Source: an uncultured delta proteobacterium (lineage in GTDB: Bacteria > Myxococcota_A > Polyangia > Polyangiales > Polyangiaceae). From it: 64,000 nucleotides of DNA. The notes under the pieces are model-generated. The model was not told the DNA's origin. It made no database searches and saw only the letters and a list, made by a program, of their open reading frames with translations. Of the stretch, positions 10,638-22,235 are shown piece after piece (the stretch's first letter is position 1; each line of letters starts with the position of its first letter). The stretch is taken from assembly GCA_963841435.1 (NCBI GenBank), contig CAWJCS010000003.1, positions 128,001 through 192,000 on the forward strand. Reading direction: 5' to 3'. The position numbers and the translations under genes were made by a program.

Positions 10638-11746
10638 GCGAGCCGCTCTACGACCTCTTCCGCCGGCTGCTCTTCTTGCCCCCGGCTGGCACCGAGGTCG
10701 CTCGCGAGAATCGACCATCTGCACTTCTTCGTCATCAGCGTGACGATGCTCGGTGCGCTCTCCGTGTTCCTCGTCGCGCTCTGGTTCGTCGTTCGCTACC
10801 GAAAGCGGCCCGGTGAGAGCAGCACCCCGCACATCGTCGCGCGCCCCGGCGTCGAAGTCGCGACGGGGGCTCTCTTGCTCACCCTCTTCATCGTGTGGTG
10901 GGTCATCGGATTCCGACAGTACGTCACCCTGGCGACCCCTCCGGAAAAGGGGATCGAGACCTACGTCACGGCCAAGCAATGGATGTGGAAGTTCGCGCAC
11001 GCGAACGGCAGAAGCAGCGTGGGCATTCTGGTCGCCCCGCGGGGCAAGACCGTGCGCCTGCTCATCACGTCGCGCGACGTGATCCACAGCTTCTACGTGC
11101 CCGCTTTTCGGCTCAAACAGGACGCGGTGCCGGGTCGCTACACCTCGACGTGGTTCCGGGCGACGCGCACCGGCAGCTTCCCGATTTACTGCGCGGAATA
11201 TTGCGGCGTCGGGCATTCTCGCATGTGGGCGCGCGTCGTCGTCGTCGAGCCCGAGGACTACGAGCGCTGGCTGGACGGCGAGGTGCCGAAGGCCGTGGCG
11301 GAAGCAAGCGCCGAGGTCAGCTACGCCGTGAGCGTCACCGGGGGAGAAGGCGAGAGTCTCGCAGCCCGCGGACGCGAGGCGGCTGCCAAGCACGGCTGCT
11401 TCGCGTGCCACACGATCGACGGGCAGCGCCACGTCGGCCCGAGCTTCGTCGCGCTCTTCGGCAGCAGCGTCACGCTCGAAAGCGGTGAGCGCGTGATCGC
11501 GGACGAGAGCTACCTCACCGAGAGCATGATGGACCCCGCGAGCAAGGTAGTGCGCGGCTTCGCGCCCGTCATGCCGACGTTTCGCGGCCGCCTCTCGCAA
11601 CCGGACGCCGCGGGCATCGTCGAGTTCATCAAGTCGTTGAAAAACGAGCGCCCGCAGCCCGCGGTACCGCTACCGCGCGTCGAAGCCACCCCCGACACCA
11701 AGACTCCGACCGCGCCTGCCGCGGCGACGGCAGAGAGAGGGGCGCC

Positions 11747-11750
<4 letters not shown>
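10634..11750 (+). CDS. coxB: cytochrome c oxidase subunit II with C-terminal cytochrome c (caa3 type); +1 base frameshift at 10709-10710
   Basis: KQWMW, DVIHSF, CuA motif CAEYCGVGHSRM, heme motif CFACH; removing one A joins MSEPLYDLFRRLLFLPP..EVARE to IDHLHFFVISVTML. Confidence 0.88.
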
Positions 11751-13370
<1,620 letters not shown>

Positions 13371-13378
<8 letters not shown>

Positions 13379-14000
13379 AGGCGGCCTCGAACGCGAAGAG
13401 CACTTCGAGTCGATCGAGCGCCAGGCGGGCGCCGCTCGGCTCGGTATGTGGGTGTTTCTCTCCAGCGAGATTTTGCTGTTTGGCGGGCTCATTACCACGT
13501 ACGTCGGGTACCGGACGCGCTGGCACGACGCCTTCGTGGCCGGCGTCCGCGACAACACGACCTACCTCGGCTCGCTGAACACCGTCGTGCTCATCACGAG
13601 CAGCTTCCTCGTCGCGCTCGCGGTCGAGCGGCTCGAGCGCGGTCGCAACCGCGGGAGCGTGCGCCTGCTCTTGGCGACCGTCGGTCTCGGGCTATTGTTT
13701 CTCGGCATCAAGGCGGTCGAATACGGCATTCATTTCGCCGACGGCATCTTTCCCGGTGGGCGCGGCGCGCACTTTCAGAGCGCGCCCATGGGACAACAGG
13801 CGTTTTACACGCTCTACTTCGCCAGCACGGGGCTTCACGCCGTCCACGTCGCGATTGGTGTCTGTGTGCTCGGGTGGTGTGCCCAGCGCATTCACCGGCG
13901 CCGGCTGGCGCCGCACGCGCTCGAGGTCTCGGCCTTGTATTGGCATCTCGTCGACATCGTGTGGATCTTTCTCTGGCCCCTCTACTACCTGATGCGCTGA
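13371..14000 (+). CDS. coxC: cytochrome c oxidase subunit III
   Basis: LGMWVFLSSE, TGLHAVHV, LYWHLVDIVWIFLWPL. Confidence 0.9.
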
Positions 14001-14006
14001 CTCCCC

Positions 14007-14309
14007 ATGACGACCAAAGACACTTCACAGCGCGGCTACGGCACTCGCGGTCTCGTCTGGGCCTTCTTGGGACTGCTCGTCCTCACCGCGTCAACGTTCG
14101 GGCTGTCGTTTCTCTCGCTCGGCGCGTTCGAGGTGCCTGTCGCGGTCGGCATCGCCGTCATCAAAAGTCTCGTCGTCGCGTTCGTCTTCATGCGTCTGCT
14201 CGATGAGCCCGCGAGCCATCGGATCGCAGGCGCGACGGCCGTGATCTTCGTCTGCATTCTGGCCGCACTCGTGAGCAGCGACATCTTGACGCGCGGCGGC
14301 GCACCGTGA
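14007..14309 (+). CDS. coxD: cytochrome c oxidase subunit IV family protein
   Basis: Three TM helices, IAVIKSLVVAFVFM motif, follows coxC. Confidence 0.8.
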   Translation: MTTKDTSQRGYGTRGLVWAFLGLLVLTASTFGLSFLSLGAFEVPVAVGIAVIKSLVVAFVFMRLLDEPASHRIAGATAVIFVCILAALVSSDILTRGGAP

Positions 14310-14361
14310 GGCGAATTGCCTCGAGAAATGCCCGTTTCGCACGTCTTGAGAGCTCGCTCTC

Positions 14362-14377
14362 CGGTACGGAAATTGCT
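14362..14377 (+). promoter_or_regulatory. putative sigma54 promoter
   Basis: CGGTACGGAAATTGCT; -12 GC is 12 nt before the ATG at 14389. Confidence 0.6.
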
Positions 14378-14388
14378 GCATCCTCGGC

Positions 14389-14607
14389 ATGAGACGTCAC
14401 GCGAAAGGGCTCGCCATTTATCTGGTCGCGAGTTTGTTGCTCGTCGTGGTGGCCATTTACCTAAAGGTATTGTGGCTCGCCGTCGCGGTCCTGCTGTCCG
14501 CACCCGTCATGGGCGCGATCCTCGCCACCGCGTTCATGCGCGCCCGCGGGCACTCGCCCGAGCATCATCCGCCGATTGACCGCCACCTTCACGACACGCG
14601 GCCCTGA
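14389..14607 (+). CDS. small two-TM membrane protein, hypothetical
   Basis: 72 aa with two hydrophobic segments and a His-containing tail; fills the gap after a promoter motif. Confidence 0.55.
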   Translation: MRRHAKGLAIYLVASLLLVVVAIYLKVLWLAVAVLLSAPVMGAILATAFMRARGHSPEHHPPIDRHLHDTRP

Positions 14608-14626
14608 GGGGCCAAGGAGGCAAGCC

Positions 14627-15817
14627 ATGCTGGAGAGTTTTTTCGGGGCGCCCCCGACCGACATCGAAGTGCTCGTCGTGGGGGCCGGCCCCGTGGGTCT
14701 GTCGGCTGCTCTGTTGTTTTCGCTCGCGGGAGTGGATACGCGCGTGGTGGAAGAGCGCTTTGCGCTCCAGGCTCAGGGTGAGGAGCTCTTGCTCGAACCA
14801 GCCGCGCTCGCCGTGCTCGAGGAGGTCGGTGTGTTGCCGGAGCTGCTTTCCGCGGGAGAGCCCCTCGACGGAGTGGTCGTCTACGATCGGGGAAGTCCGA
14901 GCAAGCGCACGCCATTTGCGAAGGGTGAGCAGGGGCCGGCCGCCGCCCTCGTCGTCGCGCGCGAGCGGCTCAAACAGCTGCTCCTCGACGAGCTCGTGGC
15001 GCGCGACGTACCGATCCACTTCGCCCATCGCTTGCACACGCTGGACGCGGGCGAGGACGGCTGCCGGGTCGGTATCGACCAGCTCGATCACGTGGGGGCG
15101 GGCATCTCCCTGGAGGCGGCGGAAGCAGTGGTCGTCAAGAGCCACGACATCCGAGCCGGACTCGTGATCGGCGCCGACGGCCCGGCGTCCACCGTGCGGC
15201 GGGCGCTCGGCATCGCGTTCGCCCCCATCGGCAACGTCCGGTGCGAGCTCGTCACCGAGCTCGAAGGCCCCGCCGAGTTCGAACCGCAGGTGCGCGTCAA
15301 CGTCACGGAAACTGGAGCCGATGTGCTGTGGCCGCTCGGCGGCCGGCGCTATCGGCTGGTCCGACGCCTCGATCTGGCGGAGGCGACCCGTAAGCTTCGC
15401 ATCGAACCCCACGAGCGAGACGAGTTCGCGCGCCTCCCCGTTCCGGAGGCCTACCTCCGCACGTTGCTCGACCGCGCGCCGGCCCGCATCGACCTCGACT
15501 TGCAGCGGCCCATCGGTGCGCACGCGCTCGTCTACCAGCCGCGTTGCGCCGTGCGCGTGGCGGGCCAATCGGTCGTGCTCGCGGGCGCGGCCGCCCACCT
15601 TTTGCATCCCTCGCTGGGCACGGGCGATAACCTCGGCATTTTGGAAGTGCGCGAGCTCGTGCGCCATGCGCTCGCAGTCACGAACGATCAAGACGGCACG
15701 CACGTCCGGCCGCACGGGGCAGCGTATACCCGCGCGTGCGGGATACTGCTCGACCGCGCGGCGAGCGGCGTCTCGCCCCTCCCGTCACCCATCGCGTCGA
15801 GCGGCTCCGTCGCATGA
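14627..15817 (+). CDS. FAD-dependent monooxygenase-like protein (UbiH/PheA family)
   Basis: SD AGGAGG; VVGAGPVG, IGADG and LAGAAAH..P..G.G.N motifs. Confidence 0.75.
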   Translation: MLESFFGAPPTDIEVLVVGAGPVGLSAALLFSLAGVDTRVVEERFALQAQGEELLLEPAALAVLEEVGVLPELLSAGEPLDGVVVYDRGSPSKRTPFAKGEQGPAAALVVARERLKQLLLDELVARDVPIHFAHRLHTLDAGEDGCRVGIDQLDHVGAGISLEAAEAVVVKSHDIRAGLVIGADGPASTVRRALGIAFAPIGNVRCELVTELEGPAEFEPQVRVNVTETGADVLWPLGGRRYRLVRRLDLAEATRKLRIEPHERDEFARLPVPEAYLRTLLDRAPARIDLDLQRPIGAHALVYQPRCAVRVAGQSVVLAGAAAHLLHPSLGTGDNLGILEVRELVRHALAVTNDQDGTHVRPHGAAYTRACGILLDRAASGVSPLPSPIASSGSVA

Positions 15818-16518
15818 TGCCCGCTTGGCTCCAGAGCGTGGCAGCGGTGTCACTCGCCGCTGGCGTCGGATCGGCACTCTTCATCGCGGTCGATATCGCG
15901 CGCGGGCGACGCCAGAAAATGGCGATCATGAACGTCGTTTGGCCGATCACCGGGCTCTGGGCGGGCGCGCTCGGTCTCGCGGGATATCTCCGCTACGGTC
16001 GCGCCCCCCGCGCGGGCGAACAAGCCACGAAACCGACGCGCGCCGGGCACGGCACGCACGGCGGCGATCCGCCGGTCCCCGTCGCAGCCGCTCGGGGAAC
16101 CACGCACTGCGGGGCGGGCTGCACACTGGGTGACGTCGCGGCGGAGCTTTGGGTACTCGCTTTCCCCCTCGCGCTGTTCGGACATCGACTGTTCGGAACC
16201 TGGGCCTACGACTACGTGTTCGCACTCACCTTCGGCATCGCCTTTCAGTACCTCGCCATTCGGCCGATGAACCACGACCTATCGGTCGGAAGCACGCTGA
16301 AGCGAGCCATAGCGGCCGATTTTCTTTCGCTCACCGCCTGGCAAGTCGGCATGTACGCCTGGATGGCCTTGGCAACCTTCGGCATTTTCGGCCACGAGCT
16401 TTCCAAGGGCGGCCCGACGTTCTGGTTCATGATGCAGATTGCCATGCTGCTGGGCTTCTTCACGAGCTACCCGGTCAACGTGTGGCTCGTCCGGCGCGGC
16501 ATCAAAGAGGCGATGTGA
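15814..16518 (+). CDS. DUF4396-family membrane protein
   Basis: MNVVWPIT, HCGAGCTLGD, WQVGMY, FWFMMQIAM, SYPVNVWL, GIKEAM motifs. Confidence 0.8.
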   Translation: MMPAWLQSVAAVSLAAGVGSALFIAVDIARGRRQKMAIMNVVWPITGLWAGALGLAGYLRYGRAPRAGEQATKPTRAGHGTHGGDPPVPVAAARGTTHCGAGCTLGDVAAELWVLAFPLALFGHRLFGTWAYDYVFALTFGIAFQYLAIRPMNHDLSVGSTLKRAIAADFLSLTAWQVGMYAWMALATFGIFGHELSKGGPTFWFMMQIAMLLGFFTSYPVNVWLVRRGIKEAM

Positions 16519-16539
16519 GGCGTGACGGGCAGCACCGCT

Positions 16540-18135
16540 CTAGTCGTGCTTTGCGACCGCCAGACGGTTGTCAACGGTGAGCGCCCCGGCATCGAAGGCG
16601 CTGTCCGCAGCCGCGGTACGCTCCGCATAGCTGTCCACGACCCCCGTCAGAATCGCGGCGCCGGCGACGACGGCGACGTTCACGTCACCGCGATCGACGA
16701 GCGGATTCCAGGAGAGCTCCTGCCGGATCTCGCTCTCGAGCGCCTCGTCCGAACGCAACGTCGTGCTCGGCGTGTAGCGCCAGTGATCGACGTACGGCTC
16801 GTACGGGTCCAGGTACCAGTTGTACACGTACGGGACCTCGGGCTCCCTCACCTTGAGCTCGTTGTCAACGCGGCGAACGCCGTTCACGCCGGCCGCAACG
16901 TCGGTCGCCGCTGCGCGCTCGTAGCTCGTGTCCACGGTCCCATCGAGCGTCACCACGCCGCCGTGCGCCTTCACGACCGTTCCGAACGCTTCGGTCACGG
17001 GGTTGTAGATCAGTCCGAGCCGCACGTTCTTCGCGATTTCGGAGTCGCTCACCGCTTTGCCGGGTTCGACGACGATCCTATTTCGCACGGCGACCACGCC
17101 GAGCGTATTTCTGGCCAGCGCCTCCGCCGCGAGCTTGGCTTGCGTCGTTTCCTGCGGACCGCTGATCGTAGCGATGCCTCCGGAAACGCTCACGACGAGC
17201 TTGCCGGACTCGACACGCGGATCGAAAGCGGCCGCGTCGCGAATGGCGCTCGCGATCTGGGTATCGGGCTTGTCAACGAACTCGCTCTTCCTGAGCTCGT
17301 CGTTCTCAGCCCACCACTCGACGGCGAGACCGTCGTCGTTCACGCTCTTCACGCCCGCTACCCAGGCGTCCGATTCCGCGCGCCGCTTCTCCGCCGCGCT
17401 GCCGACGACGCCGTTCAAGCTGACCTCGCCGCTTTTGACGTTCGCTTGCATGAGCCCGTCCTGCACGAGCGCGTCCCAGCGGAGGCGACTCTGGACGTCG
17501 GCGAGGATCTGCGCGTCCCTTCGCTCTTCCGCGTACGCGATGGCAAGCTCGTTGTGGACGCCGCGAACGCCCCGCACGCCTTCGGCGACGCGCGCGGCGA
17601 GCTCCCGCTCCGGTGCGGACTGCACCGTGCCGTTCAGCGACACGATGCCGTCCGAGACCGTGACCGCGACTTCGTACGAATCCGTGGCGGCGTTCGAAAG
17701 GAGCGCCGTCTCCACTTCGCGCTGAATGGCGGCGTCGGGGCGTGTCGCCACGATGAGCTGCGTGCGATCGCTAACCGCGCGGACGCCGCGCACCGTCTCC
17801 GCGATGCGCGTCGCCCGGCGCTTGGACAACAGGTCGCGCACCGTGCCGGTGAGCTCCACGATTCCTTCCTCGGTCTTGACGCGGATCTCCTTGGGGTCGA
17901 GACCCGGATCACGCGCAAAAGCCTCACGCACCGCGCGGCTGATGTCGGCGTCGTCGAGGTCTTCGTGCTCGCTCTTCTTGGCGGCGACCGGGTCGGGCCG
18001 CTGAGCCTGAGCCGTGGTCGGAGCGGCCGGCGGGGCGATGCTCTTTTGCTCAGCGTCGTTCCGACGACAGCCGGCGGCGAACGCGAGGCAAGCGAGGGCA
18101 ACGAGCGGTCTGTGATTGATCGGTGAAATTCGCAT
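16540..18135 (-). CDS. lipoprotein with six tandem BON domains
   Basis: SD GGAGG, lipobox FAAGC, six repeats of D..I...V...L....G.V.L.G.V.....A...A..V.GV..V.N.L. Confidence 0.85.
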   Translation of the reverse strand: MRISPINHRPLVALACLAFAAGCRRNDAEQKSIAPPAAPTTAQAQRPDPVAAKKSEHEDLDDADISRAVREAFARDPGLDPKEIRVKTEEGIVELTGTVRDLLSKRRATRIAETVRGVRAVSDRTQLIVATRPDAAIQREVETALLSNAATDSYEVAVTVSDGIVSLNGTVQSAPERELAARVAEGVRGVRGVHNELAIAYAEERRDAQILADVQSRLRWDALVQDGLMQANVKSGEVSLNGVVGSAAEKRRAESDAWVAGVKSVNDDGLAVEWWAENDELRKSEFVDKPDTQIASAIRDAAAFDPRVESGKLVVSVSGGIATISGPQETTQAKLAAEALARNTLGVVAVRNRIVVEPGKAVSDSEIAKNVRLGLIYNPVTEAFGTVVKAHGGVVTLDGTVDTSYERAAATDVAAGVNGVRRVDNELKVREPEVPYVYNWYLDPYEPYVDHWRYTPSTTLRSDEALESEIRQELSWNPLVDRGDVNVAVVAGAAILTGVVDSYAERTAAADSAFDAGALTVDNRLAVAKHD

Positions 18136-18160
18136 CGGACCTCCTTGTCGGAGGGGTCCG

Positions 18161-18176
18161 TGCAACCCGTGTACCT
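18161..18176 (-). promoter_or_regulatory. putative sigma54 promoter of the BON gene
   Basis: Minus strand AGGTACACGGGTTGCA; perfect palindrome ATTGGCGCGCCAAT at 18201-18214 lies upstream. Confidence 0.45.
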
Positions 18177-18253
18177 GCCGGTCGCGCGCCAGAGCGCCCA
18201 ATTGGCGCGCCAATCTGCCCCGGTCGGACCATCTCGCCACCACACGCGCTCGC

Positions 18254-19261
18254 TCACGCCGCTCGGCGCACCCACGCCGCTGCGGCGGCGGCACCCAGCG
18301 CCACCGCGCCCAGCACCCAGGCACCGCGATGAACCGCGAACCACGCTTCGATGCTGTACTCGCGAGCCCGATCGTCGAAGCGGCCGTGTGCGCCGTGATC
18401 CCCGGGGAGTGGGTGGAACAGATTGTCGGCGCGGGGAGGCTCGGGCTCTCCGTCCACCTGCTGCCCCTCGTAGCCTTTTTCACCGAGGTAGTGATCGAGC
18501 ATCCCGGATGCGAGCCGAGAGCCCCAGATGCCCTTGACGGCCGACCCACCAATCCACACCTCGCGCCTGTCTTTGCCGATGATTCCCGCCACCGCCCGAG
18601 CGATGACCTCCGGCTGGTAGATCGGCGGCACCGGCTGAGGTCGCTCGGGAAGGCGCGTGCGACACCAATCGAACTGAGGCGTGTTGACGGCCGGCAGCTG
18701 CACCATCGTGAGCAAGATGCTGCTCCGGTCGTGATAGAGTTCGCTGCGCAGTGAGTCGGTGAAGCCGCGAATCGCGTACTTCGACGCGCAATAGGCCGAT
18801 TGCAGGGGAATGGCCCGGTACGAGAGCGCCGAGCCGATCTGAATGACGTGGCCCTGGTCCCGCGGGCGCATGCGCCGGAGCGCCGCCAGCGTGCCGTAGA
18901 CCGTGCCGAGGTAGTTCACGCGCGTGACGCGGTCGTATTCGTCGGCGGACATCGCGGTGGCGGGGCTCAGCACGGTGACCATGGCGTTGTTGATCCACAC
19001 GTCGATGGGGCCGAGCTCCGCTTCGACGCGATCGGCGGCGCTTTCGACCTGCTCCGACTCGGAAACGTCCGTAACGATGGGCAGCGCCGTGGAGCCGAGC
19101 GCCACGATTTCTTCGCGCGCCGCCAAGAGCCCCGCGTTTCCCCGCGCAAGGAGCGCCACCTTCGCGCCCTGGCGACCGAGCTCCGTGGCGATGGCTCTCC
19201 CGACCCCGGCGCTCGCTCCCGTTATGACGACGACTCGACCTTCGAGCGTTGATTGCATCAT
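18254..19261 (-). CDS. short-chain dehydrogenase/reductase with hydrophobic C-terminal tail
   Basis: TGASAGVG, NNA, YCASK catalytic motif; SD AGGAG. Confidence 0.9.
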   Translation of the reverse strand: MMQSTLEGRVVVITGASAGVGRAIATELGRQGAKVALLARGNAGLLAAREEIVALGSTALPIVTDVSESEQVESAADRVEAELGPIDVWINNAMVTVLSPATAMSADEYDRVTRVNYLGTVYGTLAALRRMRPRDQGHVIQIGSALSYRAIPLQSAYCASKYAIRGFTDSLRSELYHDRSSILLTMVQLPAVNTPQFDWCRTRLPERPQPVPPIYQPEVIARAVAGIIGKDRREVWIGGSAVKGIWGSRLASGMLDHYLGEKGYEGQQVDGEPEPPRADNLFHPLPGDHGAHGRFDDRAREYSIEAWFAVHRGAWVLGAVALGAAAAAAWVRRAA

Positions 19262-19284
19262 TCGTCTCCTTCGTCCGCCTGCGT

Positions 19285-19300
19285 TGCATCACGCGTGCCG
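19285..19300 (-). promoter_or_regulatory. putative sigma54 promoter of the SDR gene
   Basis: Minus strand CGGCACGCGTGATGCA. Confidence 0.6.
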
Positions 19301-19383
19301 CGCACCGGGGTCGCGCACGTCACGGCATCGCCCCACTCGCATTCGCCACAGCGGGGCATGCTGCGACCCTGACGCCCGCCCAC

Positions 19384-19878
19384 TCAACGACCGCGCGAGG
19401 ACCTGCTGTCGAGCACGATGACCTCGTCGCGTACCTGGATCGCGCCCGCGGCGTTGCGACAGAGGCGGAGCGCGAAATCCTTCGCCCGTGCGCTGGGGCT
19501 CTCGCCGCGCAGGATCAGCCCTTTCGGCGCGGCGACGACCTCGAGCCGAGCAGCCGCGAGCACCATCGCCTCGGCGAGCGCGCCGCACGCGTCCTGCTGT
19601 GCACGCTCGAGCATACCGGCGAAGCCCGGCGCGCGACCTGCGGCGCCTTCGGGGGCGTCCTCCACCGCGACGGCACCCCGGGTCGTCTTCCTGAGCGGCT
19701 GCTCGACGACCTTTTCTCGCTCGTCACGGGCGCGCGCGGTCCGTTCGCGCGCCCCCTCCGAGCGCGCGTGCTCGGCGTTCCCGTCGGGATCCGCGGGGCG
19801 CCGCCCGTCGAGCTCGTAGGCGCCCTGCCGATCGAGGCGTTGCGGGTCGGAAGGTGCTCCCTGCCGCGCGTGCGTCAT
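19384..19878 (-). CDS. hypothetical protein, C-terminus resembles a degenerate BON domain
   Basis: LEVVAAPKGLILRGESPSARAKDFALRLCRNAAGAIQVRDEVIV resembles the BON pattern; a sigma54 motif lies upstream. Confidence 0.45.
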   Translation of the reverse strand: MTHARQGAPSDPQRLDRQGAYELDGRRPADPDGNAEHARSEGARERTARARDEREKVVEQPLRKTTRGAVAVEDAPEGAAGRAPGFAGMLERAQQDACGALAEAMVLAAARLEVVAAPKGLILRGESPSARAKDFALRLCRNAAGAIQVRDEVIVLDSRSSRGR

Positions 19879-19926
19879 TCCTACATCATCCGATTTCGGC
19901 GTCAACATTGGCGTCTTGCAATCCGC

Positions 19927-19942
19927 AGCAAACGCCATGCCG
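19927..19942 (-). promoter_or_regulatory. putative sigma54 promoter
   Basis: Minus strand CGGCATGGCGTTTGCT. Confidence 0.55.
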
Positions 19943-19958
19943 AGCCGAACGGCCACGC

Positions 19959-19974
19959 TGGCACGCGTGATGCT
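19959..19974 (+). promoter_or_regulatory. putative sigma54 promoter of the ASRT operon
   Basis: TGGCACGCGTGATGCT; -12 GC is 14 nt before the ATG at 19988. Confidence 0.65.
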
Positions 19975-19987
19975 TCGCGTTCGGCCC

Positions 19988-20362
19988 ATGACCCCGGCTC
20001 TCGGAAAGAAGCGCTGGGCGATCGCCGAGGGCTACATCCCGACCTGGAGCCACGGCTCCGGCCGCGAGCTCGAGAGCCACGAGACCGCCTGCATTTTGAA
20101 CACCAACGACGAGGACGCCCTTCTGCGCATCACGGCGTACTTCGCCGACCGGGAGCCGCTCGGCCCCTTCGAATTGCGCGTGGGCGCGCGCCGCACGCTG
20201 CACCTACGTTTCAACGAGCTCGGCTCGGGCGCGATTCCCCGCGGGGTCGACTACTCGAGCGTCATCGAGTCGAACGTGCCCGTGGTGGTCCAACACACCC
20301 GACTCGATACGCGACAGGCGGAGAACGCGCTCCTCAGCACGATGGCATTCGGCGCGGACTGA
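19988..20362 (+). CDS. sensory rhodopsin transducer (ASRT) family protein
   Basis: GKKRWAIAEGYIP, SHETACILN, VVVQHTRLDTRQAENAL motifs. Confidence 0.85.
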   Translation: MTPALGKKRWAIAEGYIPTWSHGSGRELESHETACILNTNDEDALLRITAYFADREPLGPFELRVGARRTLHLRFNELGSGAIPRGVDYSSVIESNVPVVVQHTRLDTRQAENALLSTMAFGAD

Positions 20363-20447
20363 AGCGGCGTCCTTCGCTGGCGACGCAAGGGCGGCGAGCA
20401 CGCACGTGGGCACGACGACGCGCATCCACAGACAGGAGAAATCGACG

Positions 20448-22235
20448 ATGAACGTGAGCGATCAACTGCTGGCCCGACTGAAAGCTTGGGGCGTCCGCTA
20501 CGTCTACGGCTACCCCGGCGACGGCATCAACGGCATCATGGGGGCCTTCAACCGCGACGACCAAGGCATTCGCTTCATCCAGGCACGCCACGAGGAGATG
20601 GCTGCCTTCATGGCCTGCGGGCACGCGAAGTTCTCGGACGAGGTGGGCGTGTGTCTCGCGACGTCGGGACCCGGCGCCATCCACCTCTTGAACGGGCTCT
20701 ACGACGCCAAGCTCGACCACGTGCCCGTCGTCGCCATCGTCGGTCAAGCAGCGCGCACGGCGATGGGTGGGGACTACCAGCAGGAGGTCGACCTTGCGAG
20801 CTTGTTCAAGGACGTGGCGCACGAGTACGTGCACACCTGCATGAGCCCGAGCTCACTGCGCCATCTCGTGGATCGGGCCTTGCGCATCGCGAAGGCCGAG
20901 CGCACCGTCACCTGCCTGATCATCCCGAAAGACGTTCAGGAGCTCGACGCCGAGGACCCCGAGCACGCGCACGACACGGTGCACACCTCGGTCGGCTACG
21001 TGCCCCCGCGCGTGGTCCCGCCCACCGCCGAAATCGAGCGTGCCGCGAGCCTCTTGAACAAGGGCGAAAGAGTGGCCATGTTGATTGGACGGGGTGCGAA
21101 GGGGGCAGAGAAAGAGGTCGGCGCCGTCGCCGAAAGGCTCGAGGCGGGCGTCGCGAAGGCTCTGCTCGGCCGTGCCGTCGTGGACGACGACGCGCCGTTC
21201 GTCACGGGCGCGATCGGCTTGCTCGGCACCAAGCCGAGCTGGGAGCTGATGATGCACTGTGACACCTTGCTCGTCGTCGGGTCGAGCTTTCCGTACTCGG
21301 AGTTCTTGCCGCGCGAGGGACAAGCACGAGGCGTTCAGATCGATCTCGACGGGCGCATGGTCGGCCTACGCTACCCCGTGGATGTGGGTCTCGTCGGCGA
21401 TGCGCGCGAGACGCTCGGCGCGCTCTTGCCACGGCTCGAAAAGCGACCGCCGGACGGCCCCTGGCGGAAGAAGATCGCCGACTGGAAGAAGGATTGGGAC
21501 GAGCTGATGGCCGAGCGCGCAGCGCTCGAAGCCAAGCCCATCAATCCGCAACGCGTTTTCACGGAGCTCTCCCCGCTGCTGCCCGACGATTGCGTCATCA
21601 CCTCGGACTCGGGCTCCGCCGCGAACTGGTTTGCGCGCGACCTCAAGCTCCGGGGCCACATGAAAGCGAGCCTTTCCGGCTCGCTCGCGACGATGGGGCC
21701 GGGCGTGCCGTACGCCATCGCGGCAAAATTCGTGCATCCCGATCGCCCCGTCGTGGCGCTCGTCGGCGATGGCGCCATGCAGATGAACGGCAACGCCGAG
21801 CTTCTCACGATCGCGAAATATTATCGGGAGTGGCAGGACCCGCGCCTCATCGTGCTGGTTTTGCACAACAACGACCTCAATCAGGTCACTTGGGAGATGC
21901 GCGCCATGGCCGGCGACACCCGCTATTCGGCGTCGCAGGACCTGCCCTCTTTTCCGTACGCGCGCTACGCCGAGCTGATTGGGCTGCAAGGCATCTACGT
22001 TGACCGGCCCGACGAGCTCCGGAACGCGTGGGAATCCGCGTTCCGGGCCGACCGCCCTGTGGTCATCGAAGCCATGGTGGACCCCGACGTGCCGCCGCTC
22101 CCGCCGCACATCACGCTCGAGCAGGCGAAGGCGTTCGGCCTCAGCGTGCTCAAGGGCGACGAAGACCGCGGTGGGATGGTCAAACAAGCCATTGGACAGC
22201 TCTTTCCGAAGCTCGGCAAAAAGGCGGACTCGTGA
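20448..22235 (+). CDS. thiamine-diphosphate-dependent enzyme (pyruvate oxidase/PoxB-like family)
   Basis: YGYPGD, RHEE, TSGPG, GDGAMQM...NN ThDP motif; SD AGGAG. Confidence 0.9.
   Translation: MNVSDQLLARLKAWGVRYVYGYPGDGINGIMGAFNRDDQGIRFIQARHEEMAAFMACGHAKFSDEVGVCLATSGPGAIHLLNGLYDAKLDHVPVVAIVGQAARTAMGGDYQQEVDLASLFKDVAHEYVHTCMSPSSLRHLVDRALRIAKAERTVTCLIIPKDVQELDAEDPEHAHDTVHTSVGYVPPRVVPPTAEIERAASLLNKGERVAMLIGRGAKGAEKEVGAVAERLEAGVAKALLGRAVVDDDAPFVTGAIGLLGTKPSWELMMHCDTLLVVGSSFPYSEFLPREGQARGVQIDLDGRMVGLRYPVDVGLVGDARETLGALLPRLEKRPPDGPWRKKIADWKKDWDELMAERAALEAKPINPQRVFTELSPLLPDDCVITSDSGSAANWFARDLKLRGHMKASLSGSLATMGPGVPYAIAAKFVHPDRPVVALVGDGAMQMNGNAELLTIAKYYREWQDPRLIVLVLHNNDLNQVTWEMRAMAGDTRYSASQDLPSFPYARYAELIGLQGIYVDRPDELRNAWESAFRADRPVVIEAMVDPDVPPLPPHITLEQAKAFGLSVLKGDEDRGGMVKQAIGQLFPKLGKKADS

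Noticed and set aside
19988-20362. Light-sensing system implied by the ASRT name
   Set aside because: No rhodopsin or retinal biosynthesis gene in the window
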